A DNA stretch of 64,000 nt. Source: a virus. The notes under the pieces are model-generated. The model made no database searches. It was given only the letters and a program-made list of their open reading frames with translations, and had not been told where the DNA came from. How positions within the stretch are numbered: the first letter of the stretch is position 1; each line of letters starts with the position of its first letter. Location: IMG/VR virus record IMGVR_UViG_3300025872_000001; one strand, given 5' to 3'. This document shows, one piece after another, positions 8,203-17,743 of this stretch. The position numbers and the translations under genes are program-made.

Positions 8203-8597
8203 AATTCACTCCCGATAACATTTCATCACTAGAAAAAAACCAAGTTTTTGTGTTTGGCTCTAACGAAGCTGGCATTCACGGTGCAGGAGCGGCGAAACTG
8301 GCTGAACAAAAGTTTGGGGCGATTAGAGGAATGGGCTATGGTCTCCAAGGTAAATCGTTTGGAATTCCCACCAAAGATACATTTATTCGCACACTTCCTC
8401 TTGACAAGATAGAGTTCTACGTCTACTCTTTCCTCACTGAAGCTATGGAATACCCAGATACAGAGTTCTTGCTCACGAAGATTGGATGCGGTCTTGCTGG
8501 CTATTCTGAAGATCAAATCGCAAATTTATTCAAAGATAAGTTCATTCCAGAAAACGTTACCTTGCCAGAATCATTTTTTAACATTATAAATTCATGA
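8199..8597 (+). CDS. macrodomain-like phage protein
   Basis: VFVFGSNEAGIHGAGAA...FGA..G.G.G...IPT...TKIGCGLAG motifs. Confidence 0.65.
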   Translation: MKFTPDNISSLEKNQVFVFGSNEAGIHGAGAAKLAEQKFGAIRGMGYGLQGKSFGIPTKDTFIRTLPLDKIEFYVYSFLTEAMEYPDTEFLLTKIGCGLAGYSEDQIANLFKDKFIPENVTLPESFFNIINS

Positions 8598-8788
8598 AAC
8601 TCAAGATCAGTAAGAAAGATCAAAAGCTAGTAAAGAACTTCAAAAAGATTGTAGAAAAGAATAGAGAGATCGAAGATAGGTTGTTTGCCGCGCTCTCATC
8701 GAAGATGATGCTGACGGCTTCAGAAGAAGAAATTCTTTTCGACCACATTTATAACGATACTAACTGGACAGTTGAACTCGAAAGATAA
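8594..8788 (+). CDS. hypothetical protein
   Basis: overlapping start/stop in operon. Confidence 0.6.
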   Translation: MKLKISKKDQKLVKNFKKIVEKNREIEDRLFAALSSKMMLTASEEEILFDHIYNDTNWTVELER

Positions 8789-8997
8789 TGAAAGCTACAT
8801 TAGAATTTAATTTACCAGAAGAGCAGACCGAGTTTATTCGCGCTTCACGCGCCGATATCGCTTGGGCTAAACTGCACGATATTGATATGCAGTTGAGGAA
8901 CTGGATCAAGCATGGTCACGATTTCAAATCAATTGAAGATTTGGCCCAGCACATTCGCACAGAAATCAATGAAGCTCTTGGAGTAATCGATGAATAA
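8788..8997 (+). CDS. conserved phage hypothetical protein
   Basis: MKATLEFNLPEE N-terminus common in phage ORFs. Confidence 0.7.
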   Translation: MKATLEFNLPEEQTEFIRASRADIAWAKLHDIDMQLRNWIKHGHDFKSIEDLAQHIRTEINEALGVIDE

Positions 8998-9487
8998 AGA
9001 CGTTCAATACTATAAAGACGAGGCTGATCGCTATCGCAGGATGTTTAATATGCGGTTCAGCGACCTCTACCGATCTGAAGATGATCTTAATCGTAGTCGT
9101 CTTGCAATTAAAGAAGATCAACGTCTTTATCGCAAGGTTGGCAAGAAGTTCGTGCCAGTTAATGATCCTTATGCTTATGATGGTCTCCGCAATGGCTTTT
9201 GGCTGATTCAAGTCAAGGATGGTTGCACTTCTATTCGTCAGGAAGTTTACCCCGACAATGCGTGTATTCATGCTGCTGCACGCTTAATGGAAAAAGAGCT
9301 TATAGAAATTATCCGTAAGGCTTGTGAAGCTCGCCCCAGCAAAACGCCGCTTTCTCCAGAAGAGAAAAAAGATTGGGATAAGTTTATCAAGAAGCATGGA
9401 GAGTCGTTCAATACTTTGCATTATCCTTCTATGCAAGAGAATGCAGAGAAGATAGTTAAAGTTCTTATTGGGGAGGCGCAACCATGA
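8990..9487 (+). CDS. hypothetical protein
   Basis: ORF in operon. Confidence 0.65.
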   Translation: MNKDVQYYKDEADRYRRMFNMRFSDLYRSEDDLNRSRLAIKEDQRLYRKVGKKFVPVNDPYAYDGLRNGFWLIQVKDGCTSIRQEVYPDNACIHAAARLMEKELIEIIRKACEARPSKTPLSPEEKKDWDKFIKKHGESFNTLHYPSMQENAEKIVKVLIGEAQP

Positions 9488-9771
9488 GCGACCATTTAAT
9501 TGCCGAGGCGAATCGACACGCCAAGGCTCTACCTAAAATGACACTACCAACCACTAAACCAAACGACCTCGACCTCGCTTGGTACAGGCGCGAGTGCGAA
9601 TTGTTACAAGACCGAAATGAGGCGCTGGAGCGCGAGAACGCCGCGCTGCGGCAGACATTGGACACCGCAATAGTGTTGTTACGGAAGTGGAATAAAAATG
9701 ACGTAACCGATGATGTTGTTATTGATACAAGGAAGGCTATTTACGCTACCCTAAAGGAGGCGCAGCCGTGA
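9484..9771 (+). CDS. hypothetical coiled-coil protein
   Basis: GGAGG upstream; LERENAALR coiled coil. Confidence 0.6.
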   Translation: MSDHLIAEANRHAKALPKMTLPTTKPNDLDLAWYRRECELLQDRNEALERENAALRQTLDTAIVLLRKWNKNDVTDDVVIDTRKAIYATLKEAQP

Positions 9772-10076
9772 GCAACACACCCAAAACCGACGCCGCTTGC
9801 GGCTGGGCGTGGGGCCATCATGGGAAAATTGAAAGCAGCGACTTGAAATGCTCACTGGATGGCCCATTCGTTCATTCGTCGGTTGCCCGCGAACTGGAGC
9901 GCGAGAACGTTAAACTGCGGAAAAACTTCATGTTCGCCGAAAGTGAGATCATCTTGTTGCGCGAAGATCGGGAGGAACTGCGAGAACTCGCTGCTCGCAT
10001 GGCTAAAGAAATGCGCGAGATAGATCATGAGTTTTGTTCTTTAGTGGATTACGACAACTTACAAAATAAAATATAG
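9768..10076 (+). CDS. hypothetical coiled-coil protein
   Basis: GGAGG upstream; MSNTPKTDA start; ARELEREN motif. Confidence 0.6.
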   Translation: MSNTPKTDAACGWAWGHHGKIESSDLKCSLDGPFVHSSVARELERENVKLRKNFMFAESEIILLREDREELRELAARMAKEMREIDHEFCSLVDYDNLQNKI

Positions 10077-10078
10077 TT

Positions 10079-10333
10079 ATGGGCTGCGATAAATATTACT
10101 TACAAGGTATAGATTACCCAATGATGTTCTCGGAAATGAACGAGGACATTTGTTGTTTATGCACTTTCCCGCACAATGACGGCGAAACTCTTGATCCCGA
10201 AAGAGTTAGATCGTTGGCGTATCTTGGGGCGGCAGTTGTGCTAAACTCCAGAGGAGATGCGCCGCATGGGTTCATTCCTTCTTGTCTACCAGATTGGATG
10301 AAAAAGGAAATAGACCGAATCGTTTTAAAATGA
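10079..10333 (+). CDS. hypothetical protein, paralogue of 7948-8202
   Basis: high similarity to 7948-8202. Confidence 0.75.
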   Translation: MGCDKYYLQGIDYPMMFSEMNEDICCLCTFPHNDGETLDPERVRSLAYLGAAVVLNSRGDAPHGFIPSCLPDWMKKEIDRIVLK

Positions 10334-10518
10334 ATATTAAAGATTTCCTAGCTGAACTAACAGTTCTGTCAAACAAGTACGGCATCAAGATCGAAGGTTG
10401 TGGGTGTTGCGGATCTCCTGCGCTCACTGCAATCAAACCAGAAATGATGAACGGTAGTTACAAAATCAACGAAGAAAATGAAAATTTAACATGGATAAAG
10501 AACCAGACATCAAACTAA
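10330..10518 (+). CDS. small Cys-motif protein
   Basis: GCGCCGSP motif; ATGA-type overlap. Confidence 0.6.
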   Translation: MNIKDFLAELTVLSNKYGIKIEGCGCCGSPALTAIKPEMMNGSYKINEENENLTWIKNQTSN

Positions 10519-10706
10519 CGGAAAAGGATTTTGAGGGTCAATCATTGTTGGGCGATTCAAATTCATCTAAAATAATTTATAGTCCCAAATGGCAATGGGA
10601 CATATTTGGTGGCAGAGAACTTGCCGTTACGTTGGGTTATACCCCTCCACTTTGGAGGCGAATCATTACTCGCATCTTTTTAGGTTCAAAATGGAAGCGG
10701 CTTTGA
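10491..10706 (+). CDS. hypothetical protein
   Basis: ORF in operon. Confidence 0.55.
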   Translation: MDKEPDIKLTEKDFEGQSLLGDSNSSKIIYSPKWQWDIFGGRELAVTLGYTPPLWRRIITRIFLGSKWKRL

Positions 10707-10707
10707 T

Positions 10708-11739
10708 ATGAGATTCCATGTAGTCGCAATGCCTCAAAGTTTAACCACAAAATCGTTTTCGATGTGTGGTTTTAGTCAAAAAACTATACGTTTTTGTTGG
10801 ATGATGAAAGCGTTAGGGCATAAAGTTTTTTTGTACGCCGGTACAGAAAACGAAGCAGTTTGTGACGAACATATAATTTCATTCACGGAAGAAGATAGGA
10901 AAGAAATAATACAACAGTCTAATCATTACGCTTTTCCTTCTTGGAGTCCGCAACATCCAGTTTGGGTCAGAACAAATAAAGTTGTTGCCGAGCAAATAAA
11001 TGAAAGAAAAAATTCTGATGATATAATTTGTATTGTTCAAGGTTTATGCCAAAAGCAAATTGCTGAAACAATTCCAGAACTCAAAACAGTTGAATATGGA
11101 ATTGGCTACGAAGGTTTTTTTTCTAAATGGAAAATTTTTGAAAGTCATGCTTGGCGCTCTTATTGTGCCGGTAAATACTTAAATAAAAATTATTCGTATT
11201 TAAATGACGGGGTGATTCATAATTTCTTTGATGAAAGAGAATTTTGTCCAAGTTTTGAAAAGAAACCATATGCCCTCTTTGTAGGCAGAATAGCAAGTAT
11301 TAAAGGAATTGAAGAAGCCTGTTTAGCAGCATCAAAAGCTGGTATTAGTTTAAAAGTAGCTGGTAATGGCGATATTAATTTAATTAAATATGGAGCAGAG
11401 TATATTGGAGAGCCATCACTACAAGAAAGAAATAAATTAATGGCAGAGGCAATGGCTGTAATGTGTCCGAGTAATTTTTTTGAACCATTCGGAAATGTGG
11501 CGTGTGAAGCTCAATTATCAGCTACCCCAGTTATTTGCACAAATTGGGGAGGTTATACGGAAACAGTTGAAAGTGAAAAAACTGGTTTCAGATGCTCGAC
11601 TGTAAATGAAATGGCCGAAGCATTAAAAAATGTTTATAAACTTGACAAGCATTACATTTTGTATAGAGCGGTAAAAATGTTTTCAATGAGAAATAAAATG
11701 TTTGAATTCGAAAAATATTTTAATCGAATTTCAATGTAA
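10708..11739 (+). CDS. glycosyltransferase, GT4/GT-B family
   Basis: LFVGRI...KG; PS.FFEPFGNVACEAQ..ATPVI...GG..ETV....TGF. Confidence 0.9.
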   Translation: MRFHVVAMPQSLTTKSFSMCGFSQKTIRFCWMMKALGHKVFLYAGTENEAVCDEHIISFTEEDRKEIIQQSNHYAFPSWSPQHPVWVRTNKVVAEQINERKNSDDIICIVQGLCQKQIAETIPELKTVEYGIGYEGFFSKWKIFESHAWRSYCAGKYLNKNYSYLNDGVIHNFFDEREFCPSFEKKPYALFVGRIASIKGIEEACLAASKAGISLKVAGNGDINLIKYGAEYIGEPSLQERNKLMAEAMAVMCPSNFFEPFGNVACEAQLSATPVICTNWGGYTETVESEKTGFRCSTVNEMAEALKNVYKLDKHYILYRAVKMFSMRNKMFEFEKYFNRISM

Positions 11740-11751
11740 AGTATATTTACC

Positions 11752-12168
11752 ATGTACCAATACAAAGCCCAATTAATCAAAGTTGTCGATGGAGACACAA
11801 TTGAAGTTGACTTTGATCTGGGCTTTGGAGTTTGGCTGAGAAACCAAAGAATTCGTCTTTATGGTATAGACACTCCAGAGAGCAGAACAAGCGACAAAGA
11901 AGAAAAAGCTCGCGGTTTAATCTCCAAGGCTAAACTAAACGAAGTTCTTTCCAATTCTAAATACCTGACAGTAGAAACAGAAATCGACCCAGAAGAGAAA
12001 TATGGGCGCATTCTCGGCAGGATAGAGACAGATGATGGAGTTAATGTAAATGATTGGATGATAGAGCAATGCTATGCTGTTCCTTACAGTGGGGAGAATA
12101 AAAACAAAGTCCAAGAACTCCACAAAGCAAACGCCAAGAAATTAAAAGAGCGCGGCGAAATTTTATGA
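11752..12168 (+). CDS. thermonuclease (SNase-like)
   Basis: VVDGDTI...RIRLYGIDTPES...KYGRILG. Confidence 0.9.
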   Translation: MYQYKAQLIKVVDGDTIEVDFDLGFGVWLRNQRIRLYGIDTPESRTSDKEEKARGLISKAKLNEVLSNSKYLTVETEIDPEEKYGRILGRIETDDGVNVNDWMIEQCYAVPYSGENKNKVQELHKANAKKLKERGEIL

Positions 12169-12716
12169 AAAAAGACGTTAATTTTAAATCATATGTAGAA
12201 GAAGAATATCTCACGATAAAAGCATGGGATAATCCTTCTGATCCAGCACAGTTTGACGACGTAATGAAGTTCTCAAACTGTAAGTATATTCGTGTAGAAG
12301 GAGTTACGATAAATGGGGGCATGGAAGACTGCATTGACGCTGTAAGAGGCAAAGAATACTACTTTGAGAACCTCACATTGCACCCATTAAACAATGGAAT
12401 CACAATCAAAGGAAGCATTGATGGCTGGCATTTAAAAAACATTTTATTTGAGCGCAAGGGCAACGAATACACTATTGAGATCGGGCAGTACGACAACTAC
12501 TGGACCCCATCCACACCACCTACCCGCAATGGTACTATAGAGAACGTAAAAATGGCAGATGGGGGCAAGGTGACTGTCAGGATATGGGATGGCGAAAAAC
12601 CCGAACTTATCAACGCCCCTGACGTTAAGATCGTAAAGATTCCAAAGTTCATTTGGTTTCCTTACTTCATCTTCAGATCAATCCAAAGAAATGGGTTGAA
12701 ATTCTTCAAAAAATAG
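12165..12716 (+). CDS. right-handed beta-helix (pectin-lyase-like) protein
   Basis: GGMEDCIDAV, NNGITIKG, RNGTIENV repeats. Confidence 0.5.
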   Translation: MKKDVNFKSYVEEEYLTIKAWDNPSDPAQFDDVMKFSNCKYIRVEGVTINGGMEDCIDAVRGKEYYFENLTLHPLNNGITIKGSIDGWHLKNILFERKGNEYTIEIGQYDNYWTPSTPPTRNGTIENVKMADGGKVTVRIWDGEKPELINAPDVKIVKIPKFIWFPYFIFRSIQRNGLKFFKK

Positions 12717-12755
12717 ATTGACAAATTTTCAACAAAAACATAATATATACAAACT

Positions 12756-13055
12756 ATGAATAACATTAATCCTGAGCAAGCGTTGGCAAACTTTGCCGCA
12801 CTTCATCGTCAATCGCGTCTTCTTCCTGAGCAGCACGAAGCTCTGAAGGAGAGCCTCCAAGTTCTTGCTGGTTTGGCTAATCCCGCCAACAAGACCGAAT
12901 CCAAGCTGACACCTGACGTTGCCCTTAACAACTTCTTCCAGCTTTATACCCGCGCCACTGTAACTGTTGAGGAGCATGAGGCACTCAAGGCGAGCTTCAA
13001 TGTTATCGCTCCTTTGGCTCAAGCTGCCAAGCAGTCTGAGGCTCCAGCAAGCTAA
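12756..13055 (+). CDS. hypothetical protein with internal duplication
   Basis: two ~40-aa repeats P..AL.NF..L......HEALK.S..V.A.LA; TTGACA-N17-TAATAT promoter upstream. Confidence 0.7.
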   Translation: MNNINPEQALANFAALHRQSRLLPEQHEALKESLQVLAGLANPANKTESKLTPDVALNNFFQLYTRATVTVEEHEALKASFNVIAPLAQAAKQSEAPAS

Positions 13056-13082
13056 AATCTGATTAAAAAATAGCCCCAAACG

Positions 13083-13124
13083 CCCCCAAATTGGTAATCA
13101 AACGCTAATTTGGGGGTTTTTTAT
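13083..13124 (+). terminator. rho-independent terminator
   Basis: CCCCCAAATTGG...CTAATTTGGGGG followed by a T-tract. Confidence 0.65.
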
Positions 13125-13183
13125 TACTTAATTTATGGTAATTTGGGGATATTTACCCAAAGTGTTTAATTAAAACTTTTAAA

Positions 13184-13432
13184 ATGAGCATCGATTTTTT
13201 ATTCGACGTTATTGTGCCACTTTTAGGTATGGGAATCATCTCTTGGTTCTTCATTTGGGTAGTAAAAGAGAACATTAAAATAGAAGAAGAGCAGAGTGAG
13301 AAACTGAGGCGAGAAATAGACCGTTTTGAGGCCGAAAAACTATCCAAAAAAATGAAGGATTCTACCGTCGAAATAGCAGTGAAAAAGCCCCAAGCGTTCA
13401 AGACCAAAAGAAAGCCTCAGAAAAAGCCTTGA
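13184..13432 (+). CDS. small membrane protein
   Basis: N-terminal hydrophobic helix, charged tail. Confidence 0.6.
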   Translation: MSIDFLFDVIVPLLGMGIISWFFIWVVKENIKIEEEQSEKLRREIDRFEAEKLSKKMKDSTVEIAVKKPQAFKTKRKPQKKP

Positions 13433-13635
13433 CAAAGGCAAGAAACATGGGTAACTTTACCCCATGTTTAACACAGATAAGAATAGGTACATACATAAGA
13501 TAGAATATAGAAAGAATAAGGGAGAAAGATATAAGGAAGTAAGAGATAAGGGAAAGGTTAGTAATTGAAATACTACCTGCTCGGCTCCATTTTTTATTCA
13601 TTTTAATTCATTCTCACCATTTTAATAAAAATTCT

Positions 13636-13863
13636 ATGCTATTTGCTAGGCTCTCATCGTTTCTCCTTATATTAGTCTTATTCTTATTTGTTATTGTTCC
13701 GATAGCAGTGGTGTTAAGCCTTGTCACAATGATTGTTGTGTTTGTGGGCTACGCTAATGGAACATTAATGAACTTATTGAAACATAGAGAGGCGCTCTTG
13801 TCAATACATTATCTAACGAAAACTGTAAAAGAAAGTATTAAGAAGAACACGATAGATATTTGA
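13636..13863 (+). CDS. small hydrophobic membrane protein (holin candidate)
   Basis: long hydrophobic N-terminal stretch; adjacent to the spanin candidate. Confidence 0.45.
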   Translation: MLFARLSSFLLILVLFLFVIVPIAVVLSLVTMIVVFVGYANGTLMNLLKHREALLSIHYLTKTVKESIKKNTIDI

Positions 13864-13897
13864 AACATGGCTTGACAAAGTGTAAATATGTGCAATC

Positions 13898-14539
13898 ATG
13901 AATAAGCTGGGGCTAAATATAGTGTTGGTGCTTTTGCTTTCTGGTTGCAACATGTTTACTAGAAACAATAGAACAGATAGTAAAGGAGAGAATATAAGTG
14001 CTAATGCCCCAATTTTTATAACTCCAAAGGCGAATGCTAACCCTGTAAATAAAGCAATCACGAATCCAGTCACGCCAAATAAACCTGCACAGGTAGTGTT
14101 CAATGCAGAGAACTATGTGATGGTAAAAGAAAAAGATTTAAATATATTAGTAGACCAAAAGACGAATGAGGTTTTATTAAATATTAAAAAATCAAACGCG
14201 AATGAGAAACAACCAAATAAGGAGTTAGATGCGGCGCTGGACAACCACATAAAAAAAACCATTGAACAGCCATCCGTTAGTTTAACGCCAAAAATTGTCC
14301 AATTAGCTCCTGTTGTTGAACCCGAAAAACCATCTAATGCCCCGGCAATTCACCCATTTTTCGCATTCATTATGACAACACTAATCATCTTAGCATTCAT
14401 CTTAACTGTAGGATATTTCTTCTTCATCAAGAAGAAGGCGTCCAATGAAACCCCAGCCCCCACCGCCCCAGAGACCCCCAAGGTGGCAACCGAAACCGCA
14501 CCCGAAAATCAATCCAACAAAGATACTGAAAAGGCGTAG
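13898..14539 (+). CDS. lipoprotein with C-proximal transmembrane helix (unimolecular spanin candidate)
   Basis: lipobox LLLSG-C; TM FFAFIMTTLIILAFILTVGYFFFI then KKK; GTGTAA upstream. Confidence 0.55.
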   Translation: MNKLGLNIVLVLLLSGCNMFTRNNRTDSKGENISANAPIFITPKANANPVNKAITNPVTPNKPAQVVFNAENYVMVKEKDLNILVDQKTNEVLLNIKKSNANEKQPNKELDAALDNHIKKTIEQPSVSLTPKIVQLAPVVEPEKPSNAPAIHPFFAFIMTTLIILAFILTVGYFFFIKKKASNETPAPTAPETPKVATETAPENQSNKDTEKA

Positions 14540-14563
14540 GATTAAAAATTAATTAAAATTCAG

Positions 14564-14598
14564 ATCACCCCTTGAGAAATCTTGGGGTGATTTTTTTT
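14564..14598 (+). terminator. rho-independent terminator
   Basis: ATCACCCC...GGGGTGAT followed by a T-tract. Confidence 0.7.
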
Positions 14599-14656
14599 GA
14601 AATTTTTTTCAAAAACCGCTTGACGGGGGATTAAAATGTGGTACAGTTCCCCTCGT

Positions 14657-14896
14657 ATGAATAACACATCTACTGTAGTTAAGCGTGGTCGTGGTCGCCC
14701 TGCGGGTTCGACCTCTTTCGTCAACGTCAGTCTTGCTGACCTTGATCAGTTCGTTGGCACTGCTAGTGCCATTCCCGTGTCGCGTGTTTGGCTTCAAAAG
14801 ATGGGCTTGACAATCCAGCCGATCTCGCGCACTATTCAAGAAGCTGAAGGTGAGGACTCGACCCCGAAGGTGGAGTTCAAGATCTCCAAGCTCTAA
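14657..14896 (+). CDS. small AT-hook DNA-binding protein
   Basis: KRGRGRP motif; TTGACG...TACAGT promoter 9 nt upstream of ATG. Confidence 0.65.
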   Translation: MNNTSTVVKRGRGRPAGSTSFVNVSLADLDQFVGTASAIPVSRVWLQKMGLTIQPISRTIQEAEGEDSTPKVEFKISKL

Positions 14897-14907
14897 CCTA
14901 TACTCAC

Positions 14908-15843
14908 ATGAAACGTTTTGCTGAACTAGTCGGGCAAGAAGATGTCAAGAAGAAGTTGGGGTTTTACCTCGACGCCTTCTCTAAGACCCAGAAGTTTCCC
15001 TTCCTCCTGCTGACGGGGGCGAAGGGAATGGGCAAGACCGAATTCGCCAAGGAGACTGCGCGTGGCATTAATGCCAAGGACGGTGCGCCTCGCTCTTTCC
15101 TTGAAATCAACTGCGGCACGATCAAGAACGCGCAAGTGTTCTTTGAGCAAGTGTTCGCCCCAGTGATTCAAGGCAACGAGGTTACTGTTCTATTGGACGA
15201 ATGCCATGCGCTCCCCAAGGACTTGATGACTGTATTACTTTCTGCTTTCAATACCGAGAAGGCAGATGTGAAGCAGATCACTTGGCGCGACGGTATGTAC
15301 GAGTTCAACTTCAAGTTGCAAAGTTTTATGCTTGCGACTACTGAGGCTGACAAGTTGTTCGCGCCGCTCAAGGATCGCCTCACGCCTGTTGACTTCCAGC
15401 CGTACACAGTTTCGGATGTTGCTAAGATCGTAGAGAAGATGCTCCCTGACATCGCTTTCAAGGGTGATGTCTTGGAGAAGATCGCCTCCACAGTTCGTGG
15501 CAATGCTCGCTCTTCCGTGCAGCGTGCAAAGCAGATTGAACTCTACTGCGAGACCAAAGCAATCAAAGAGTTTGGTGTCAAAGAGTGGACTGATCTTTGC
15601 AACAAGATTGGTATCAACGCATCTGGTCTTAACAACACCGAGATTCAAATCCTGCGCGCTCTTAAAGATCGTGGGGACTGCTCGCTCAATATGCTGTCGG
15701 CCATTACTGGCATGAGTCGCTCCTCGCTCCAGCGTGACGCTGAAATCTTCCTGCTCCAGAAGGGCTACATGAAGATCGAAGGCTCCCGCAAGCTAACCGC
15801 CGCAGGGTCCAAAGTCTTAGAGAATCTTCAGAAGAAGGCTTGA
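14908..15843 (+). CDS. ruvB: RuvB-like Holliday junction branch-migration AAA+ ATPase
   Basis: F.ELVGQE.VK, Walker A GAKGMGKT, Walker B LLDECH, ATT...L.APLKDR, C-terminal winged helix. Confidence 0.8.
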   Translation: MKRFAELVGQEDVKKKLGFYLDAFSKTQKFPFLLLTGAKGMGKTEFAKETARGINAKDGAPRSFLEINCGTIKNAQVFFEQVFAPVIQGNEVTVLLDECHALPKDLMTVLLSAFNTEKADVKQITWRDGMYEFNFKLQSFMLATTEADKLFAPLKDRLTPVDFQPYTVSDVAKIVEKMLPDIAFKGDVLEKIASTVRGNARSSVQRAKQIELYCETKAIKEFGVKEWTDLCNKIGINASGLNNTEIQILRALKDRGDCSLNMLSAITGMSRSSLQRDAEIFLLQKGYMKIEGSRKLTAAGSKVLENLQKKA

Positions 15844-15846
15844 CAA

Positions 15847-16017
15847 ATGAAACACAAAGTCGCAATATGGATAGAAGGTGGCATGATACAGGGGATTCGA
15901 TCCTCCGTAGACATTGACATAGAGATTATTGATATCGATTGGGAAGGCGTAGACAGGGACGCTGCTGAACAGAAATGGGAACAATATCAAACTGAATTAC
16001 CTTTTAACACTGTATGA
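15847..16017 (+). CDS. small hypothetical protein
   Basis: 56-aa ORF read manually (MKHKVAIWIEGG...). Confidence 0.55.
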   Translation: MKHKVAIWIEGGMIQGIRSSVDIDIEIIDIDWEGVDRDAAEQKWEQYQTELPFNTV

Positions 16018-16175
16018 AAACATTCCGAGTACAATTCGTTGACGAAATCACTGCCAAGACAGAAGAAGATGCATACGAAGTTCTGCTTCGTTATCTCCGT
16101 GACTGTGCAGAGTATGGGGATGCTACCGCATTCCAATTTGAGGAAGTTGAACACAAAGAATATCAGACACATTAA
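16014..16175 (+). CDS. small hypothetical protein
   Basis: 53-aa ORF read manually (MKTFRVQF...); ATGA overlap. Confidence 0.55.
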   Translation: MKTFRVQFVDEITAKTEEDAYEVLLRYLRDCAEYGDATAFQFEEVEHKEYQTH

Positions 16176-16179
16176 AAAT

Positions 16180-16195
16180 TGTTCCACGTAGAACA
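16180..16195. promoter_or_regulatory. parS-like palindrome
   Basis: TGTTCCACGTAGAACA, one mismatch from TGTTCCACGTGGAACA. Confidence 0.6.
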
Positions 16196-16497
16196 TTTGT
16201 TGCGAAACCTCCCTACTTGCTTATAAGTGGGGAGGAAACGTAACATTAACGACTTAGTCTTAAATAAATAAAAGGTGAATCAATAACGAGTTAATAGTAA
16301 ATAAATAACATATGGTAGGATTGGGGAAAATTCCCCAGCCGGGCCTGGCCCGGATTCACGAACCCTTGGCACGCAATGAGTTACAAAACTCGACAACCCG
16401 GATTGGTGAAGCGCTGGTATTCAACGAGTTACACCGGGCCTGGCCCGGCTCTATATAGCGCTATAGTCAGCACTATATAGGCGGGGGGTTAGTTATA

Positions 16498-16824
16498 TCA
16501 TCCCTCGTAGTGAGCGTATGTATATACAGTCGGGAGACTGACCGCAAACTTTGCGGCGATCTCGTACAGGTGCAGGGCGCAATCCCTGCGGCGAGTGCGG
16601 CGGGGAAGCTTCTGAGCATAGAACGCAATCTTCCAGCGCTCATCTTCATTCAGCCAGCCGTTGCGCCTGTATAGAGTCACGGCAGACTCACGCGCAAACA
16701 TCTTCTCGGCTTCCTCCGGTGTCTTGTCGCTGTATTCTTCAAGATTCTTCAGAGCCTTTTCGATTCGCTTCTGTTGAATCTGATAACGGGTACGCATCCA
16801 CTCCAACTTGGTTTTGGTATTCAT
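16498..16824 (-). CDS. hypothetical protein, possible C-terminal HTH
   Basis: ATG at 16824; LYEIAAKFAVSLPTVY resembles an HTH. Confidence 0.55.
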   Translation of the reverse strand: MNTKTKLEWMRTRYQIQQKRIEKALKNLEEYSDKTPEEAEKMFARESAVTLYRRNGWLNEDERWKIAFYAQKLPRRTRRRDCALHLYEIAAKFAVSLPTVYTYAHYEG

Positions 16825-16924
16825 CGCAATTTTTTTTTGAGCAAAACAAACAAAAGTATTAAGAAAAGCGCAATTTGATAAAGCAAGGGAAAAAAGGGGG
16901 GCGCTGTCACCGCCCCCCGTTTGA

Positions 16925-17689
16925 TCAGACCGCAACCTCCGGTTTGATGTCAACCGTCAAGTTCAGACCCGCGAAGGGGTCGAGGATGCTGTGCAGGGCT
17001 TGGCTACGCTTGGGCAGCGCGATCAGGTTGCCCTTGTACACCTCGGTGAAGGCGTTGTGCAGGGACCAGAGGTTGCGCGGGGCAAACTCCTCATGCGCGG
17101 GCTTCTCCCATTGGTCGAGAACGTCGGCAATCATCGTCTTGCCAACCGCGCCAGCGCGGTAGCCGCGCAGGATGAGGGTGCCAGCCTCGTCATCGGTGAG
17201 AGGGGTCGCCTCGTACTTGGCAACGCGAGCCTCCTGCTTGTTCCACATATCGGAGAGCGCGCCGATTCCACGCGAAACGATTTGCGGCAGATCGCGCAGG
17301 ACGTTGGTCGTGTGCTTGCGGGCAAACACGATCTCGTTATGGAAAACGAGATTGGAGCAGACAAACGGCGCATTGCCAGCGCAGAAGCCAGCAGGGAAGC
17401 ACTTGTCATGCGAGTTGCGCAGACCGACAACGGTGCCAGAGGAACCCTGCTTGCCCATGTCGATCTCGAAAAGACCGAAGTAACGCTGACCGAAACGGGC
17501 AGTCGTGTGCAGTTCCTGCTTGATCGCAAGACCCGCAACCTTCATCTGCTCGCGAAAGATCGAAACGAGGTTCGCGTGAGGGATCGGCTGATACGTCTCG
17601 GTGGCATTGGGTGTCGGAACCTTGGCGAGATCGGCAAGGCTGATTTGGGAATTGTCTGCGCCGCAGACATGGAGGTTTACGCTGTTCAT
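16925..17689 (-). CDS. DUF932/DUF945-family protein
   Basis: TETYQPIPH, VGLRNSHDK.FPAG, FVCSNL, RKHT, NLWSLHNAFTE motifs. Confidence 0.8.
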   Translation of the reverse strand: MNSVNLHVCGADNSQISLADLAKVPTPNATETYQPIPHANLVSIFREQMKVAGLAIKQELHTTARFGQRYFGLFEIDMGKQGSSGTVVGLRNSHDKCFPAGFCAGNAPFVCSNLVFHNEIVFARKHTTNVLRDLPQIVSRGIGALSDMWNKQEARVAKYEATPLTDDEAGTLILRGYRAGAVGKTMIADVLDQWEKPAHEEFAPRNLWSLHNAFTEVYKGNLIALPKRSQALHSILDPFAGLNLTVDIKPEVAV

Positions 17690-17743
17690 TTTTTTATTTG
17701 GTTGAGGTTGACGAAAAGAAGTTTGGAGAGATTTGCGCAGAGT

